DNA from: Macrostomum lignano
Taxonomy: Eukaryota
Assembly (NCBI GenBank): GCA_002269645.1
Contig: NIVC01000365.1
Location: forward strand, 585,445-649,444
Direction of reading: 5' to 3'
DNA: 64,000 nt
Shown: piece by piece, positions 48,119 to 61,309 of the stretch
Position numbering within the stretch: position 1 is the first letter of the stretch
Layout: each line of letters starts with the position of its first letter
Position numbers and translations under genes: made by a program
The notes under the pieces: generated by a model
Told to the model about the DNA's origin: nothing
Databases searched by the model: none
Seen by the model: the letters and a program-made list of their open reading frames with translations, nothing else

Positions 48119-50881
48119 TCAAAGAGCCCGGCGCTGATGCACAGGCGGAGGCCACGACGTGGATCCAGCAGACCTGTCTGCGTTTCCAGCGGTTGCTCGC
48201 TCGTTGATGATGCCGCCGTCATTGGTGACGTCACACTGACCACCGGCGCCTCCGCCATCGCCCGTAGCGGACATACCGGGGAACGGGCGAGGCGGGAATC
48301 CGCCCCTCACTTCCTGATGAGCAGAGAACTGCTGCTGCCGCTGATGGGGATGAGCCGGCTGATACGAGTATGGTTGCTGGGGCGGATGCTGTTGGGGCGG
48401 ATACTGGTAGGGCTGATGCTGTTGGGGCGGGTGGTGCTGGTGCGGATGCTGGTAGGGAGGCTGCTGGTAGGGCGGATGCTGCTGGGGCGACTGCTGGTAG
48501 GGCGGATGCTGCTGGGGCGACTGCTGGTAGGGCGGATGCTGCTGGGGCGACTGCTGGTAGGGCGGATGCTGCTGGGGCGACTGCTGGTAGGGCGGATGCT
48601 GCTGGGGCGACTGCTGGTAGGGCGGATGCTGCTGGGGCGACTGCTGGTAGGGCGGATGCTGCTGGGGCGGACGCTGGAAGGGCGGATGCTGGAAGGGCGG
48701 GTGGTGCTGGGACGGATGCTGTTGGGGCGACTGCTGATAGGGCGGATGCTGTTGGGACGGATGCTGGAAGGACGGATGGTGCTGGGGCGGATAGCGAAGC
48801 TGAGACGGGTTGGGTGGAGGGAAGCGGCGCGGAGGCTGATGCTGATGAGGCAGCTGCTGCTGTGGCGGGAACCGGTATGGCTGATGATGAGGCGGCTGCC
48901 GCTGCTGAGCTTGAGCTGCAGCGGCTGGCGACTGCAACTGTTGCTTCTTCCAGTTTGGCTTCCGGCGCTGCTGCTGACCTTGCGCAGCAGACGCTGTCGG
49001 AGCTGCGACGCTGGCCGCTTCAAGCTCCTCGCCGGCAGTTTCGCCGTCGGGCCCGCGCCGCTTGGCCTGCCGCTTAGCCAGCCGCTCGGCCTCATCGTCA
49101 GAGTAGTCGAGGCACTCGGCAGGCGGCTCCTGGTCGCCCAGCCAGGAAGCGTCGCTCGGCCGGGGCTGCGTGGCGGCCAGCCGGGCTGGCAGGATGAAAT
49201 GCCGCAGGCTGTCCTCGTCGGCGAACAGCAACGGCTGGCCGACTGCAACGCCAAGCTCGGCGACGACCTCCGGCGAGGGCAGCAGGACGGAGTAAAATGG
49301 GCGAGAGACCGGCCCGAACACGTCGAGCACCTGGCGGGCGGAGAATGCAATGCGGGATTGAATGGGATTCTCTCATCTTGAAATGTTGATACTAAAAGAT
49401 GAGTGACATCGGTTTCTAAGGGCTATTCTAAAAGGCGATTGCTATGGGCCCTTATGCCGAAGATAAGGACGGCGATTTAGAAAGGCGAGAAGGGCGATTC
49501 ATAAAGACGATTTTGAATAGGAAAAGGGCGACGTTAGGTGACCCCAAATGGGCATGATCCCAAATGCGCATGATCCCAAATGCACATGATCCCAAATGCA
49601 CATGATCCCAAATGCACATGATCCCAAATGCACATGATCCCAAATGGACATGATCCCAAATGCACATGATCCCAAATGCGCATGATCCCAAATGCACAGG
49701 ATCCCAAATGCGCATGATCCCAAATGCACATGATCCTAAATGCACATGATCCCAAATGCACATGATCCCAAATGCGCATGATCCCAACCAAATGCACATG
49801 ATCCCAAATGCGCATGATCCCAAATGCACAGGATCCCAAATGCGCATGATCCCAAATGCGCATGATCCCAAATGGACATGATCCCAAATGCGCATGATCC
49901 TAAATGCGCATGATCCTAAATGCACATGATCCCAAAAGCACATGATTCCTAATCACATGATCCCAAATGCGCATGATCCCAAATGGACATGATCCCAAAT
50001 GCACATGATCCCAAATGCGCATGATCCCAAATGCACAGGATCCCAAATGCGCATGATCCCAAATGCGCATGATCCCAAATGCACATGATCCTAAATGCAC
50101 AGGATCCCAAATGCGCATGATTCCTAATCACATGATCCCAAATGCACACATGATCCTAAATGCACACGATCCTAAATGCACATGATCCTAAATGCACTTG
50201 ATCCCAAATACACACATGATCCCAAATGCACTTGATGCCAAATACACACATGATCCCAAATGCACTTGATGCCAAATACACACATGATCCCAAATGAACA
50301 TGATCCCAAATGCGCATGATATCTAATAGTAATACACATGATCTCATAAGCACCTGTCCCAGAGGCTGCCTATCGGACAGAAACAGCACGGAGTTGATGT
50401 CCAGCGGGTTCAGGTCCGGCTCGGACTGGGCCACAACCAGAGCGCCCAGCACACTGCTGACCGTGGCGCACTGCCGCATGGCCACCTCGGCCGGCACAGA
50501 CAGAGTCAGCCGCTCCACCGGCCCGATGACCCCCTCCAGGTCGCCCAGCGGATTCCGCCGCGGCGGCCGATGCTCCGAGCCGTCGGCCTGCGGACGCTTC
50601 CGGCCTCGACCTCGCCCGAGGCCAGCCGGCTGCTGACTGGCGATCTCCTCCTCGTCACCTTCCTCTTCGTCGGTGGCGCCATGCGCGCTGTCGTCGCTGC
50701 AGCCGGCGCCAAGGCCGCCGCTACTGCTGCTGCTGGAGGAATCGTCAGAGTCCGCGCGCCGGCGGTGCAGGTGAAACTCCAGCCCGGTGACGAGGCAACC
50801 GTCGGCTTCGAACTCAACCTGGTCCAGCAGGCTGCTGAGCAGCTGGGCCACCTCGGCGTCTGGCTGCTTGTCTGTTGCCAT
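48119..50881 (-). CDS. NAF1: H/ACA RNP assembly factor NAF1, about 579 aa, 2 exons (50354-50881, 48119-49330)
   Basis: Acidic N-terminus, Gar1/Naf1 core (PLDINSVLFL..GQVLDVFGPV..PFYSV), SDASWLGDQEPP..DYSDDEAE, Pro/Gln-rich tail. Confidence 0.9.
49553..50332. repeat. 16-bp minisatellite in the NAF1 intron
   Basis: Unit tgatcccaaatgc(a/g)ca. Confidence 0.95.
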
Positions 50882-51047
50882 GGCTACGGTGCTAGCAGCG
50901 GAATTTCAAAGCAGGCAGTGGTTAGCCAGGAATAATCACCAATGCCCCAGAAATAGCCACAGTACCCACAATTAATCACAATAGTCTGAATTCCAAAGTA
51001 GGATCACGGTAGACTTAAATCCCCTATGGGATGTCACTGCAGTATTT

Positions 51048-52525
51048 AATTCCCACTGGGTGTTACCCTGTAGCCTCAAATCCCCACTGGGATATCCCTG
51101 TAGCCTCAAATCCCCGCTGGGATATCCCTGTAGCCTCAAATCCCTACTGGGATATCCCTGTAGCCTCAAATCCCCACTGGGATATCACTGTAGCCTCAAA
51201 TCAACACTGGGATATCACTGTAGCCTCAAATCAACACTGGGATATCACTGTAGCCTCAAATCAACACTAGGATATCCTTGTAGCCTCAAATCAACACTGG
51301 GATATCACTGTAGCCTTAAATCCCTACTGGGATATCCCTGTAGCCTCAAATCCCTACTGGGATATTACTGTAGCCTCAAATCCCTACTGGGATATTACTG
51401 TAGCCTCAAATCAACACTGGGATATCACTGTAGCCTCAAATCAACACTGGGATATCACTGTAGCCTCAAATCCCCACTGGGATATCACTGTAGCCTCAAA
51501 TCCCTACTGGGATATCCCTGTAGCCTCAAATCCCTACTGGGATATTACTGTAGCCTCAAATCAACACTGGGATATTACTGTAGCCTCAAATCAACACTGG
51601 GATATCACTGTAGCCTCAAATCCCCACTGGGATATTACTGTAGACTCAAATCCCCACTGGGATATCACTGTAGCCTCAAATCCCTACTGGGATATCCCTG
51701 TAGCCTCAAATCCCTACTGGGATATCCCTGTAGCCTCAAATCAACACTGGGATATCACTGTAGCCTTAAATCCCTACTGGGATATCCCTGTAGCCTCAAA
51801 TCCCTACTGGGATATTACTGTAGCCTCAAATCAACACTGGGATATTACTGTAGCCTTAAATCCCTACTGGGATATCCCTGTAGCCTCAAATCCCTACTGG
51901 GATATCACTGTAGACTCAAATCCCCACTGGGATATCACTGTAGCCTCAAATCCCCACTGGGATATTACTGTAGCCTCAAATCAACACTGGGATATTACTG
52001 TAGCCTCAAATCAACACTGGGATATTACTGTAGCCTTAAATCCCTACTGGGATATCCCTGTAGCCTCAAATCCCTACTGGGATATCCCTGTAGCCTCAAA
52101 TCCCTACTGGGATATCACTGTAGACTCAAATCCCCACTGGGATATCACTGTAGCCTCAAATCCCTACTGGGATATTACTGTAGCCTCAAATCCCTACTGG
52201 GATATCCCTGTAGCCTCAAATCCCTACTGGGATATCCCTGTAGCCTCAAATCAACACTGGGATATCACTGTAGCCTCAACTCCTCACTGGGATATCCCTG
52301 TAGCCTCAAATCCCTACTGGGATATCACTGTAGCCTCAAATCAACACTGGGATATTACTGTAGCCTCAAATCAACACTGGGATATCACTGTAGCCTCAAC
52401 TCTTCACTGGGATATCCCTGTAGCCTCAAATCAACACTGGGATATCACTGTAGCCTCAACTCCTCACTGGGATATCCCTGTAGCCTCAAATCAACACTGG
52501 GATATCACTGTAGCCTCAAATCCTT
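51048..52525. repeat. 30-bp minisatellite, about 49 copies, between HAGH and NAF1
   Basis: Unit gatat(ca/cc/ta)ctgtagcctcaaatc(cct/aac/ccc)actgg held in exact 30-bp register. Confidence 0.95.
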
Positions 52526-52802
52526 CAAATCTGGATTCCCAAAGAAACACATTTGCAGACACTCAATTACAGAGCTAACTGCCTAACACAGTGAATTATT
52601 GGTAATTTTGTTTTCAACAATTTGTTTATTTTTTTATAAGCAAAAATAAGAAATATGGAGAGCCAACAGCATTCATTATTTGCTGAAGGTTCCTGCGAAA
52701 TTTATATTAAATAAAAATTGCAAAAATATAGTAGAGGCTAATAATAAAGCGTAGCCAAGGCAATCAATCAAAACCAGGTTCACACGAATATGACCGGGTC
52801 AT

Positions 52803-53513
52803 TCAGAAACTGTCTTTCTGCTTGCGCAGCGCGGCCATCACCTTCACGGGGTCGCTGCTGCCGGCGCATCGCTGCAGAGCGGCCGACTCGCCAACCCGCA
52901 TGAACGGATTGGTGAGCAGCTCCTCGCCGATGGTGCTGGGGATGGTCGGCGAGTCCGGGCTGGCCAAGCAGCGCTCCAGCTTGGCGCGCACGTCCGCATT
53001 GTCGGGCTCAACGCTGGCGGCGAACTGCAGATTCTTGCGCGTGTACTCGTGCCCGCAGTACACCCGGGTGTCCGGGGCCAGGCGGCCCAGCGTGTCCAGC
53101 AGGTTGGCACACATCTGCTCCGGCGAGCCCTCGAAGAAGCGGCCGCAGCCGGCAATGAAGAGCGTGTCGCCGGTGAACACGGCCGGGCTGTGGCCGGGGC
53201 GCTCGACCAGGTAGCAGATGTGGTCCTGGGTGTGGCAGGGCGTGTGCAGGCACCGGATGCTGATGGCCGAGCCCAGCGGCTCCAGCGACTCGTTGTGCGA
53301 CACCAGCCGGCTGACCGATTGCACTTTGCTGCCGCCGCCGCACACCTGCGGCTTGGGGGCGCCGTCGGCCTGCAGCAGCTGGAGCAGAAGCGAGTTGCCG
53401 CCGGCGTGGTCAGCGTGGCTGTGCGTGGTCAGGATGTACTTTAGCGACAGGCCGCGCTCGCGCAGGTAGGGAAGAATTTTTTTCGGCTCGACTGGATCCA
53501 CTACGGCTGACTC
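52803..53513 (-). CDS. HAGH: Hydroxyacylglutathione hydrolase (glyoxalase II), exon 2
   Basis: ESAVVDPVEP, metallo-beta-lactamase motif THSHADH, HTPCHT, FTGDTLFIAGCGRFFEG, CGHEYT, NPFMRV. Confidence 0.92.
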   Translation of the reverse strand, partial: ESAVVDPVEPKKILPYLRERGLSLKYILTTHSHADHAGGNSLLLQLLQADGAPKPQVCGGGSKVQSVSRLVSHNESLEPLGSAISIRCLHTPCHTQDHICYLVERPGHSPAVFTGDTLFIAGCGRFFEGSPEQMCANLLDTLGRLAPDTRVYCGHEYTRKNLQFAASVEPDNADVRAKLERCLASPDSPTIPSTIGEELLTNPFMRVGESAALQRCAGSSDPVKVMAALRKQKDSF

Positions 53514-53564
53514 CTGTGAGGGAGCGTCAGAGGTGCAGTGCGCTTAACAATAAACCTATGCAAT

Positions 53565-53675
53565 GGGGTTCCAGCCTAGTGGCTAGAACGTCAGATTCAC
53601 GAATGAAGGGTCGGGGGTTCGATTCTCGACCCACTTGGAACAATTTGTGTCCTTAGGCAAGACACTCAACACTGC
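53565..53675 (+). mobile_element. tRNA-derived SINE fragment
   Basis: A-box-like cagcctagtgg, B-box ggttcgattc, followed by gtgtccttaggcaagacact, a conserved metazoan SINE body motif. Confidence 0.7.
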
Positions 53676-54929
53676 ATCATAATATGATACATCATTTTTA
53701 AACAGTTAAAAAAGGTATACAAAAATTTGCATACAAAGTTTTTTAATTTTTAACTTTATAACCATCAAAGGATTTTAAGTGTCTTATAAGGCCCTTTAGT
53801 TTAAAATATCAATTTATATAAAAAATAAGAATAATTAAAATTTTATTTTAGCTAATGATGATTCTTGCTTGACTTACATAATGACTCAACAATATACATA
53901 TTAATGAATCTAATATTATAAGTAAGTCAATAGCATCCATATGCCAGCAACCCAGGCCCCATTCTTAGTGTAATCACATTAATTTTGAAAATAAATTGGA
54001 ATCTTTGCTTGGGTATACTAATGTAATTAATGTCTGAAAGTCTGAATTGCAGTGCATAAGCATTTTGGCAGATAGTATCTAGTGCAGATCAGCTTGGTAG
54101 CATGTTATGACATGACATAGTAAAGAGAAGCATAGCAAAGTAGCGAAATGCCCCCTATTCCCCATTAACCTCTTTTACCTCTACATTTACTTCTACCTTT
54201 ACCAAACCATGCAGCATTGGGCTCATTCCATATAAGCATGGTCATAACATGACAGGTTATTTTTACTTATAAAATGAAATCTAATAATAGAATATACTAA
54301 ACCAATATTTTAAATGAAAGATTATTTTGTCTAGAATATATTTATAGAGTTTCATATAGATATCATCATTAGTATAGATGCTATTAAACCTTAAATGACA
54401 CTTATGGTTGTAACGACAGGATTTTTGACATATAGAAACTAAAAGGTAAAAGTCTTATAACATTTTTCATTTTTGATATTTTGCAATACATTTTTAAAAT
54501 TTGACTAAGAACATCTTTAGAAATCATACTCTTTTATTAGAATATATAAACTCAAAAGGCAACAAAGATACAAAAGAAAAGGCAGCCTTATGGTCGTAAC
54601 ATTATGGTCGTAACATATTTTTTTCTGTCAATTCAGTAACTTTGAGGTACTAATACATTAAAAATATAATAGATTATTTGGTCACCAATGCTTTTATCTG
54701 ATGATGCAAGTACTATACTTTTATCTATAGTTTGTTTCAACCTTCAAAAGCTTTCTATTTGTTTTTAAAAGGTACAAAATCTTAATGATGTCTTTTGCTT
54801 TGAAAAATGTCCAATTTTTACAAAAATGACTTTTTGCCAATTGATAACATACTAATCCAACATTTTACCATTCCTTTATTCTTAGATTGTATATATTGCA
54901 CAATATAAACATTTGGTAAAAAAATAGGC

Positions 54930-55280
54930 TAATTAGGCAATGGCAAGCAAAAATATTGACTTTTTTCTATTTTCCAAATATGTCCATCTTATATGGAATG
55001 AGCCATTGTCAACTTTGAAGCAGCAATTTGGCAAGCTATCAAGGCTATTTTTAGATAAAACAAACTATCTATGGCTCCATTTTTTCAATTTGTGCAATCA
55101 ATATGACAAAAAATCAATTGTAAGGCCATTGAGTATGTCCAAGAATGAAGGAACCAAGCATTTTTGTTATAAGCTTATGACACTGTCATTCTTACCTAAT
55201 GAGGAAATTTGCAATGCCTTCCTAGTATTAAGCTCATTTATCACTAAACATGATCTGGTTTTTGTGTCAAGTACATAAAT
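54930..55280 (+). mobile_element. Possible decayed MULE transposase remnant
   Basis: HFFNLC..KK..KLMTLSFLPNEEICNAF resembles the post-catalytic segment FHLCQ..ALAFLP..AF of MULE transposases. Confidence 0.4.
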
Positions 55281-57609
55281 CATATATAATGATGATTGAT
55301 AATTATATTTATAATCCAAATTAAAATTCTATACCTATTAACATCTAATTAATTACTATGCTACTTGGCTATCAAGTTCAGTTTGGACTATCAATGAACT
55401 TAGTGCCTATAGGTATATTATACATATGACTATAGACTGGTATTTGGCATCTTAATCAGCATACACAACATAATAGATTATAGTGCTACCTCTTGATAAA
55501 TTTGTTGTTCCAAGAAAGCAATTTGGTGATCATCAATTTAAGACTTCTAACACAGAGAAAAAATTGGAAATGCTAGCAAAAAGACTAGCTTTTAGGAAAA
55601 GGCAATTTTTAAAAGCTATGGAAGCAATACTATCAAGTAAGCAAGATGGCTTTGCAGCTACTAAATCTAGCAATTGGCTCAATGTGCCTTAAAATGTTTA
55701 TCTATAATTTCATAATGACTAAACTTATTTAAATAGTCTGATTTTGTTTCTATTTTAATGAATTTTATTCAATTTGAAATTAGGTTTCAGGAGATACACA
55801 TGACTATTTTTGAATTATATTTTATTACTCATATGCTTCTAAAAAACAAAATTATATATATTATTCATATTATAGGATTTCACCTAAATGTCCCTCTAGT
55901 TACCAATATGGGAGTTATTGTTATTGAAAAATTAATTAGTAGATATAATATATGGATTTTTGAAATATATATTATTATAGCTATATACTAAAAGAACCAT
56001 TTCAAAAGTTGATTTATTAACCATAAATTTACCATAGATAAAGAATAAAAAGCTCAACTGTACATCAATATTTTTATGCACCTGTAATCTATATAACAAA
56101 AAGCTTAAGTTTTAAAATTTATTGATATATAAAAGCTAGTGAAGTCAAATTTTGTTCTAGTATATACTAGGGATTATGGTTGTTTTGGTGACAAAGATAT
56201 TTTGGTAATAAGCAAAAGCCATTTCAGTGAAAAAAGATCCTTTGGATAATAGCCATTGTGATTTTAAACAAAAAATATTTTAGCAATCATAAGTTATATA
56301 AAACCTAAAATTTCAGAGGTTTACTATAAAGATAAAGATATTCTATGTTTATATCTGAATATTCCAAGACAAATTGAAACCAATATATATAAAAATGATA
56401 CTTAGATATTTTCTTAGATATACTTACATTTATCTTTGACTTTAGATAGATTTTTCAATTAAAATATGATGCAGCGTGCTTTGTTTATAGTATAAGGCCT
56501 TCCAGTACAAGTAGTAAACACGTTTGTATAGTTTAAGTAGTAAACATTTCCTAGGAATTACCAAAATTGAATTTACACAAAAAAGAAATTATTTTTGTGT
56601 TTGTTTAAATGTTGTGAAATTAAATAATATTTTGCAAAATAACTTTTTTTAAATATAACATATAAGTAGTATAAATAGGAGCCCAGAATGGGCCAGGAGA
56701 AGCTAACTTGGATCTTCCTCGTTCACTGCAAATTGCGAGAATAATAGCCAATCTAGTTCTATAAAAATCTTATTTGCAAAACTTTTGAAGACTTATTTCT
56801 TTCTTAGAGTATAAAGCCCCAAATTGGGAGTATTATTAGAAGACCACTGAAAAGTGAGAATTGCCTCAGGGCAGTAATCTTATAAATTGTATAAATGCCT
56901 CAGGGCAGGATAAATCATCTCAGTGCAGGGAAATTGCTAAGGCTGTGACCCTCTGATCCAGGGAATGCCCAGGACTAAGAGAAAACTTAGGAGTAAATAG
57001 AGCAGACAGTGCTATTAGACCGCTCAGGCCAAACAATACAGTACATATATAGATGCTACCAATAAGATAAGTAGATGCTACCAGTAGAATTAGATAGAAA
57101 AACAGATATGCTACCAATAATAAGAGTACAAATTTTCATGCAAAGGTACATTAATTAAATAGAAGGACAACTTTGGTGGCTAACCAGTGGGATTATTTAT
57201 AAGGAGAGAAGCAAGCCCTACGTCAACTTTGGTGGCATTAGTAGGATTTCTAGAGAGAGCTAAAAGGCCTGTTACAAATATATGAAATATACATTTAATA
57301 AAAGACCTAAAAACTGATATTATAAAGCATATTTGGCAATCCTTTGGTTTATATTGCATTATATTTTGCCAGTTTTGGTTTATGATCACCTTATATTTTG
57401 TTCATTGCAATGTGAAAATGGTGTTCAAAACTGGCAAACAAAAATATACAAAGTTGAAAGTTGAGAACTTATTTTCGCAAAGAAATTTTCAAGTTGAAAG
57501 CAAGCGCTTGGTACGAATTATCTGCACTCGCGCAAAAGCTCAGATTAGCTTTATGAGCATTTCTGCTTTTTTCCATAGACACTACCACGTCTTTCTGACA
57601 CGTCAGTAG

Positions 57610-57869
57610 CACGAATTCAAAATGAAAAACTCCAAAAATGGAGACGAAAAAATTATTGCCATAGATTGTTGAGGTTGTGTAACACTACCCCTGACCTTTG
57701 CGCACGTTTCTTGCTGTAGCTCTTGAATAAAAAAAGATATCAACATGATTTTAACTTTGTATTCTTTGTGACAAAATTTCCTTTCATTTGACACCATGGG
57801 CGTGAAATTTCATGGCTCTGTTGAAGAGCTACGTTAGACACTCCAGGAACTTTTGGGACACCCCTTGTA
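57610..57869. mobile_element. Tc1/mariner-like element end (one TIR only)
   Basis: Ends gaacttttgggacaccccttgTA; no partner TIR found. Confidence 0.35.
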
Positions 57870-57901
57870 CATGTACATGTACATGTGAACTGAACAGTCA
57901 T

Positions 57902-58058
57902 GCGCAACCTTGGGAATCACTCGGCCGTTTCTATTGGCAACACACACATGTAAGTCGCTATTGGCTGAGAGCAGTCACGTGACTACTATTCTGTCCAATA
58001 GCGACTTACATGTGTGTGTTGCCTATTAGAAACGGCCAGGTGAATCCCTAGGTTGCGC
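57902..58058. mobile_element. 157-bp fold-back (MITE-like) palindrome
   Basis: Arms gcgcaacc..ggccgtttcta..ggcaacacacacatgtaagtcgctattgg are inverted around a central agtcacgtgact. Confidence 0.75.
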
Positions 58059-58491
58059 CCAAGCATGGAACTGAAGCTGGGTTAAAATTAACTGTATACT
58101 TTAGGTAAAGGTAATATTTCTAGCTTTATTTTGTAATCATTTCAGCAAAGTGCATATATGAAAGTGATTGTAAACTTCAGGTGAAGGGGTGCTAAGGTGA
58201 GAGGGAGATTTTGATACCCTTGATCTAGAATGAGCATCAGTTTTATATGACTATTTGTTATATTTGACATGCTTTCTTATAGCTAGCTTTGGTTCACAAT
58301 CATTTTAATGAGAAACATACATTTAGATAATTTTAAACCAAAGGTAATATGTAAGCTATTAGTACTAGATCAGACTTGCTACTTGACATATGGGACTATT
58401 TGATATCCTTTCTTATAGCCAACTTTGGTTCACAATCATTTTAATAGGAAATATACATTTGGGTAATTATAAACCAAAGGTGAAATATAGG

Positions 58492-59772
58492 TTACAATGG
58501 TTTCCATGCATTTTGGTGCCCCAGATTGCTTTTCAGTGCCTCAATTTATGACGCTGAAATGATGATAATAAAAAAGAATACCTATAACAAATATAATAAA
58601 TACTTTACAAAACGTTCAATATTCCTAATAAAAGCAGTGTTCATTTTGTTAAGCTGGCACGCTTCTTAAATTTAGAAAAATCCAGTCAATTTAATTGCAT
58701 GTGTGACGAATAAGGCAAATAAGACGGATTTGTGTAGCAGTTAATTTAGATAGTTCACAATTAGTTAGCAGATCGGCAAGCCGCTTTACCCCTTAGACTT
58801 TTGCTAGTGCTACTTAAAATTGCTAGATCAGTTAATTAACTAATTGGTATGCCAAGGTAGACAGCGGAAGAGTTGGTGTAAGGAGGCCAGACAGCGTCAC
58901 AGCTAAGGGTTAGCGAGCCTAGGTCAAGAAACGAAGCAAGGGGAAGGGCAAGAGCGGCTGCTGACTGCAGTGTAAGCATATATTTAAAGGTAACAGATAA
59001 CAACAACACCCTTAATCCAAAACCAAGACAAACAACCCCCCATGCTGTGTGCAATGTACATGTACAAATTGATCAATAATATATATATCGTGCAAGAATA
59101 ACATTGCGTCAGTATATGTACATAGGTAGAACTACTTTATGAGAAATAATAACGATATAAATGAAATACAAATAATAGAATAAATACATACGAGGCTACA
59201 AAAACAAAGCAATTAACAGTAAAAATAGTGCGATAATAATACGTACGAATATTGTTAAAATAAATGAAAGAATACAGTAGTATTACGGTATGCATATGAA
59301 AATAAAGAAATACGATACATGCTTCTACGAATCACACTATCACACATGCATTTGCTGTACAGTACGTAATCATGTAATATACAATACAATCTGGCAGCAC
59401 TCAGCAAGCGTGCCAGTGCTATGAAGACTTAGTTAGGTAAAGTTGAAATCCATTAACAATGCTACATGTAGTTTTGATCGAAATTTTGAAATGTGACAAG
59501 TCTACATGTATTTTAGTTAGTATTGATTTTTTAAATTACACGCGACAATCATGTTTTGTTTCATAAAACTGCCTAGGAAATGAAGTCTGTATTATTTGAT
59601 GAGCTGAAACGATTGGACCATAATCTATAAGATCTAATCTTATAAGGGCTCAATTTCTATATTCTTGTGTCCAATTCCAATGTATAATTTGGACACTGAA
59701 AAGCAAGCTGGGGCACCGAAATGCCAGGCACTGAAAAGCATAGACACCGAAAAGCGTGGATACCGTTACACA
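58492..59772. mobile_element. Possible 1.3-kb non-autonomous TIR element
   Basis: ttggtgccccagattgcttttcagtgcc (about 58514-58541) is inverted as gacactgaaaagcaagctggggcaccgaa (about 59692-59720); no TSD verified. Confidence 0.45.
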
Positions 59773-60349
59773 TACATGCGCAACTTCTGAAATTACGCTG
59801 GCTGTGCAACTTAGTTTTCGATAAAAAATGCGACTTACCTATAAAAGAGCCAAGCAAAAACTTTAGGTAAACGGCAGGAGTAACCATGACCATATTTTTA
59901 AAGCTAAATGCCTCACCAGCTAGTTAGTGCTGCATGCAGATTCCGCGTTTTTATAACAGCTAATCAGTGTCATCTAGTGGCAGCATGAAGCAATTAGTAA
60001 ATTGTCAGTACAGTGTAGTGAGCATACTACAAAAGTTATGATTCATGAATGTCCAGAAGTAAGTGAAGTGAATACAGTGTGACCTATAGCTCAAGAATGA
60101 TTTGCTAGACGATTTGGCATGGAAGATGAGAGCCCTGATTCAGATGGCTCATCAGATGCAGAATACGAATCCAGTAGAGATCCAAGCTGTGAAAACCCAC
60201 AGATTTTTAAACCACTGAATTCTAATTCCCGGAACTATTTTTGCATAGATTCTAAATTTGAAGTCATGCTTAAACAAAAACTTGTTAACAGTTAGGAAAA
60301 AGGCAAAGATGGGAGTAATGCATGTTAAACTAAGATTTGAGGCCTTTGC

Positions 60350-61045
60350 AAATTCTCTCCATTCCTCAATCTTCTCATCCTCTTTTTCTTTTCTCTCTCA
60401 TCCCTTATCCCTTCTCTCTTTCCTCTCCTCTCTCCTCTCTTTCCTCTCCTCTCTCCTCTCTTTCCTCTCCTCTCCTATCTCTTCTGTCTCTCTCTACATT
60501 CTTATCTCTCCTCTCGTCTCTCCATTCCACTCTACTCTCTCATCTTATCTTCCCTCTCGTCTCTCTCCACTCTACTCTCTCATCTTATCTCTCTTTTCTA
60601 CTCTCTCATCTCTCCTCTCTTCATTCTCCTCTCATCTCCTCTTTATCCTCTCTTCTCTCATCTACTCTCTCCTCTTTCCTCTTTCCTCTCTTCTGATCTC
60701 ATCCATCATCTTTTCTTTCCTCTTTCCTCTAATCTCCTCTTCTCTCTCATCTCTTTTTCCTCCCTCAGCTTTTCTCTCCTCTTCTATCTTTTCTCCCATC
60801 GCATCGCTCGCCTCTCCTCTGTTTGCTTATCTCTAATCTTCTATTCCCTCTACTTTGAAGTAAGAAAATATGCACATATTTTTGCTGAAGATAAGAGGAG
60901 AGAAGAGGCATTGAGGAGAAAGGGTAGAGAGAAAGGGGGAGAAGAGAGGAGAGTAAAAATGAGAGGAGAGAGAAGAGGGAAAAGGGGGGAGAGAGAGAAG
61001 AGGGGAGGCAAGGTAGAGAAGAAGAGAGAGATGAGAGTTGAAGAG
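60350..61045. repeat. Polypyrimidine tract followed by a polypurine tract
   Basis: CT-rich at about 60350-60835, GA-rich at about 60890-61045. Confidence 0.9.
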
Positions 61046-61309
61046 ACACCAACCTTGCTGGTTAGGAAGTTTCAAAGAACCCGAGGGGTGAGGGCCAGAT
61101 AGAGGGGCTTCGCGAGCCGGAGTTTGCCAACCCTTGCTCCAGAGTTTAAGAAATCAATGGGAAACTGTTGACGCAGGCTTCTGATTTTAAAGATCTTGTC
61201 TGTTGTTGAAGGCTTCTATTCTGTTTTTGCTCTCCTGCCACACTTGCACCTACTACCCCCTGATTGCCTCTGATTGTGACTTACTTCCCTCTTATTGCGA
61301 CTTAGTTGC

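Noticed and set aside
51060-52586. 508-aa ORF of YxCSLKSxLG repeats
   Set aside because: Stop-free frame of a 30-bp minisatellite, non-ATG start, antisense to the flanking genes
60124-60300. Short acidic ORF (MEDESPDSDG..) resembling a piggyBac N-terminus
   Set aside because: Under 60 aa, with no catalytic region or TTAA-flanked TIRs identified
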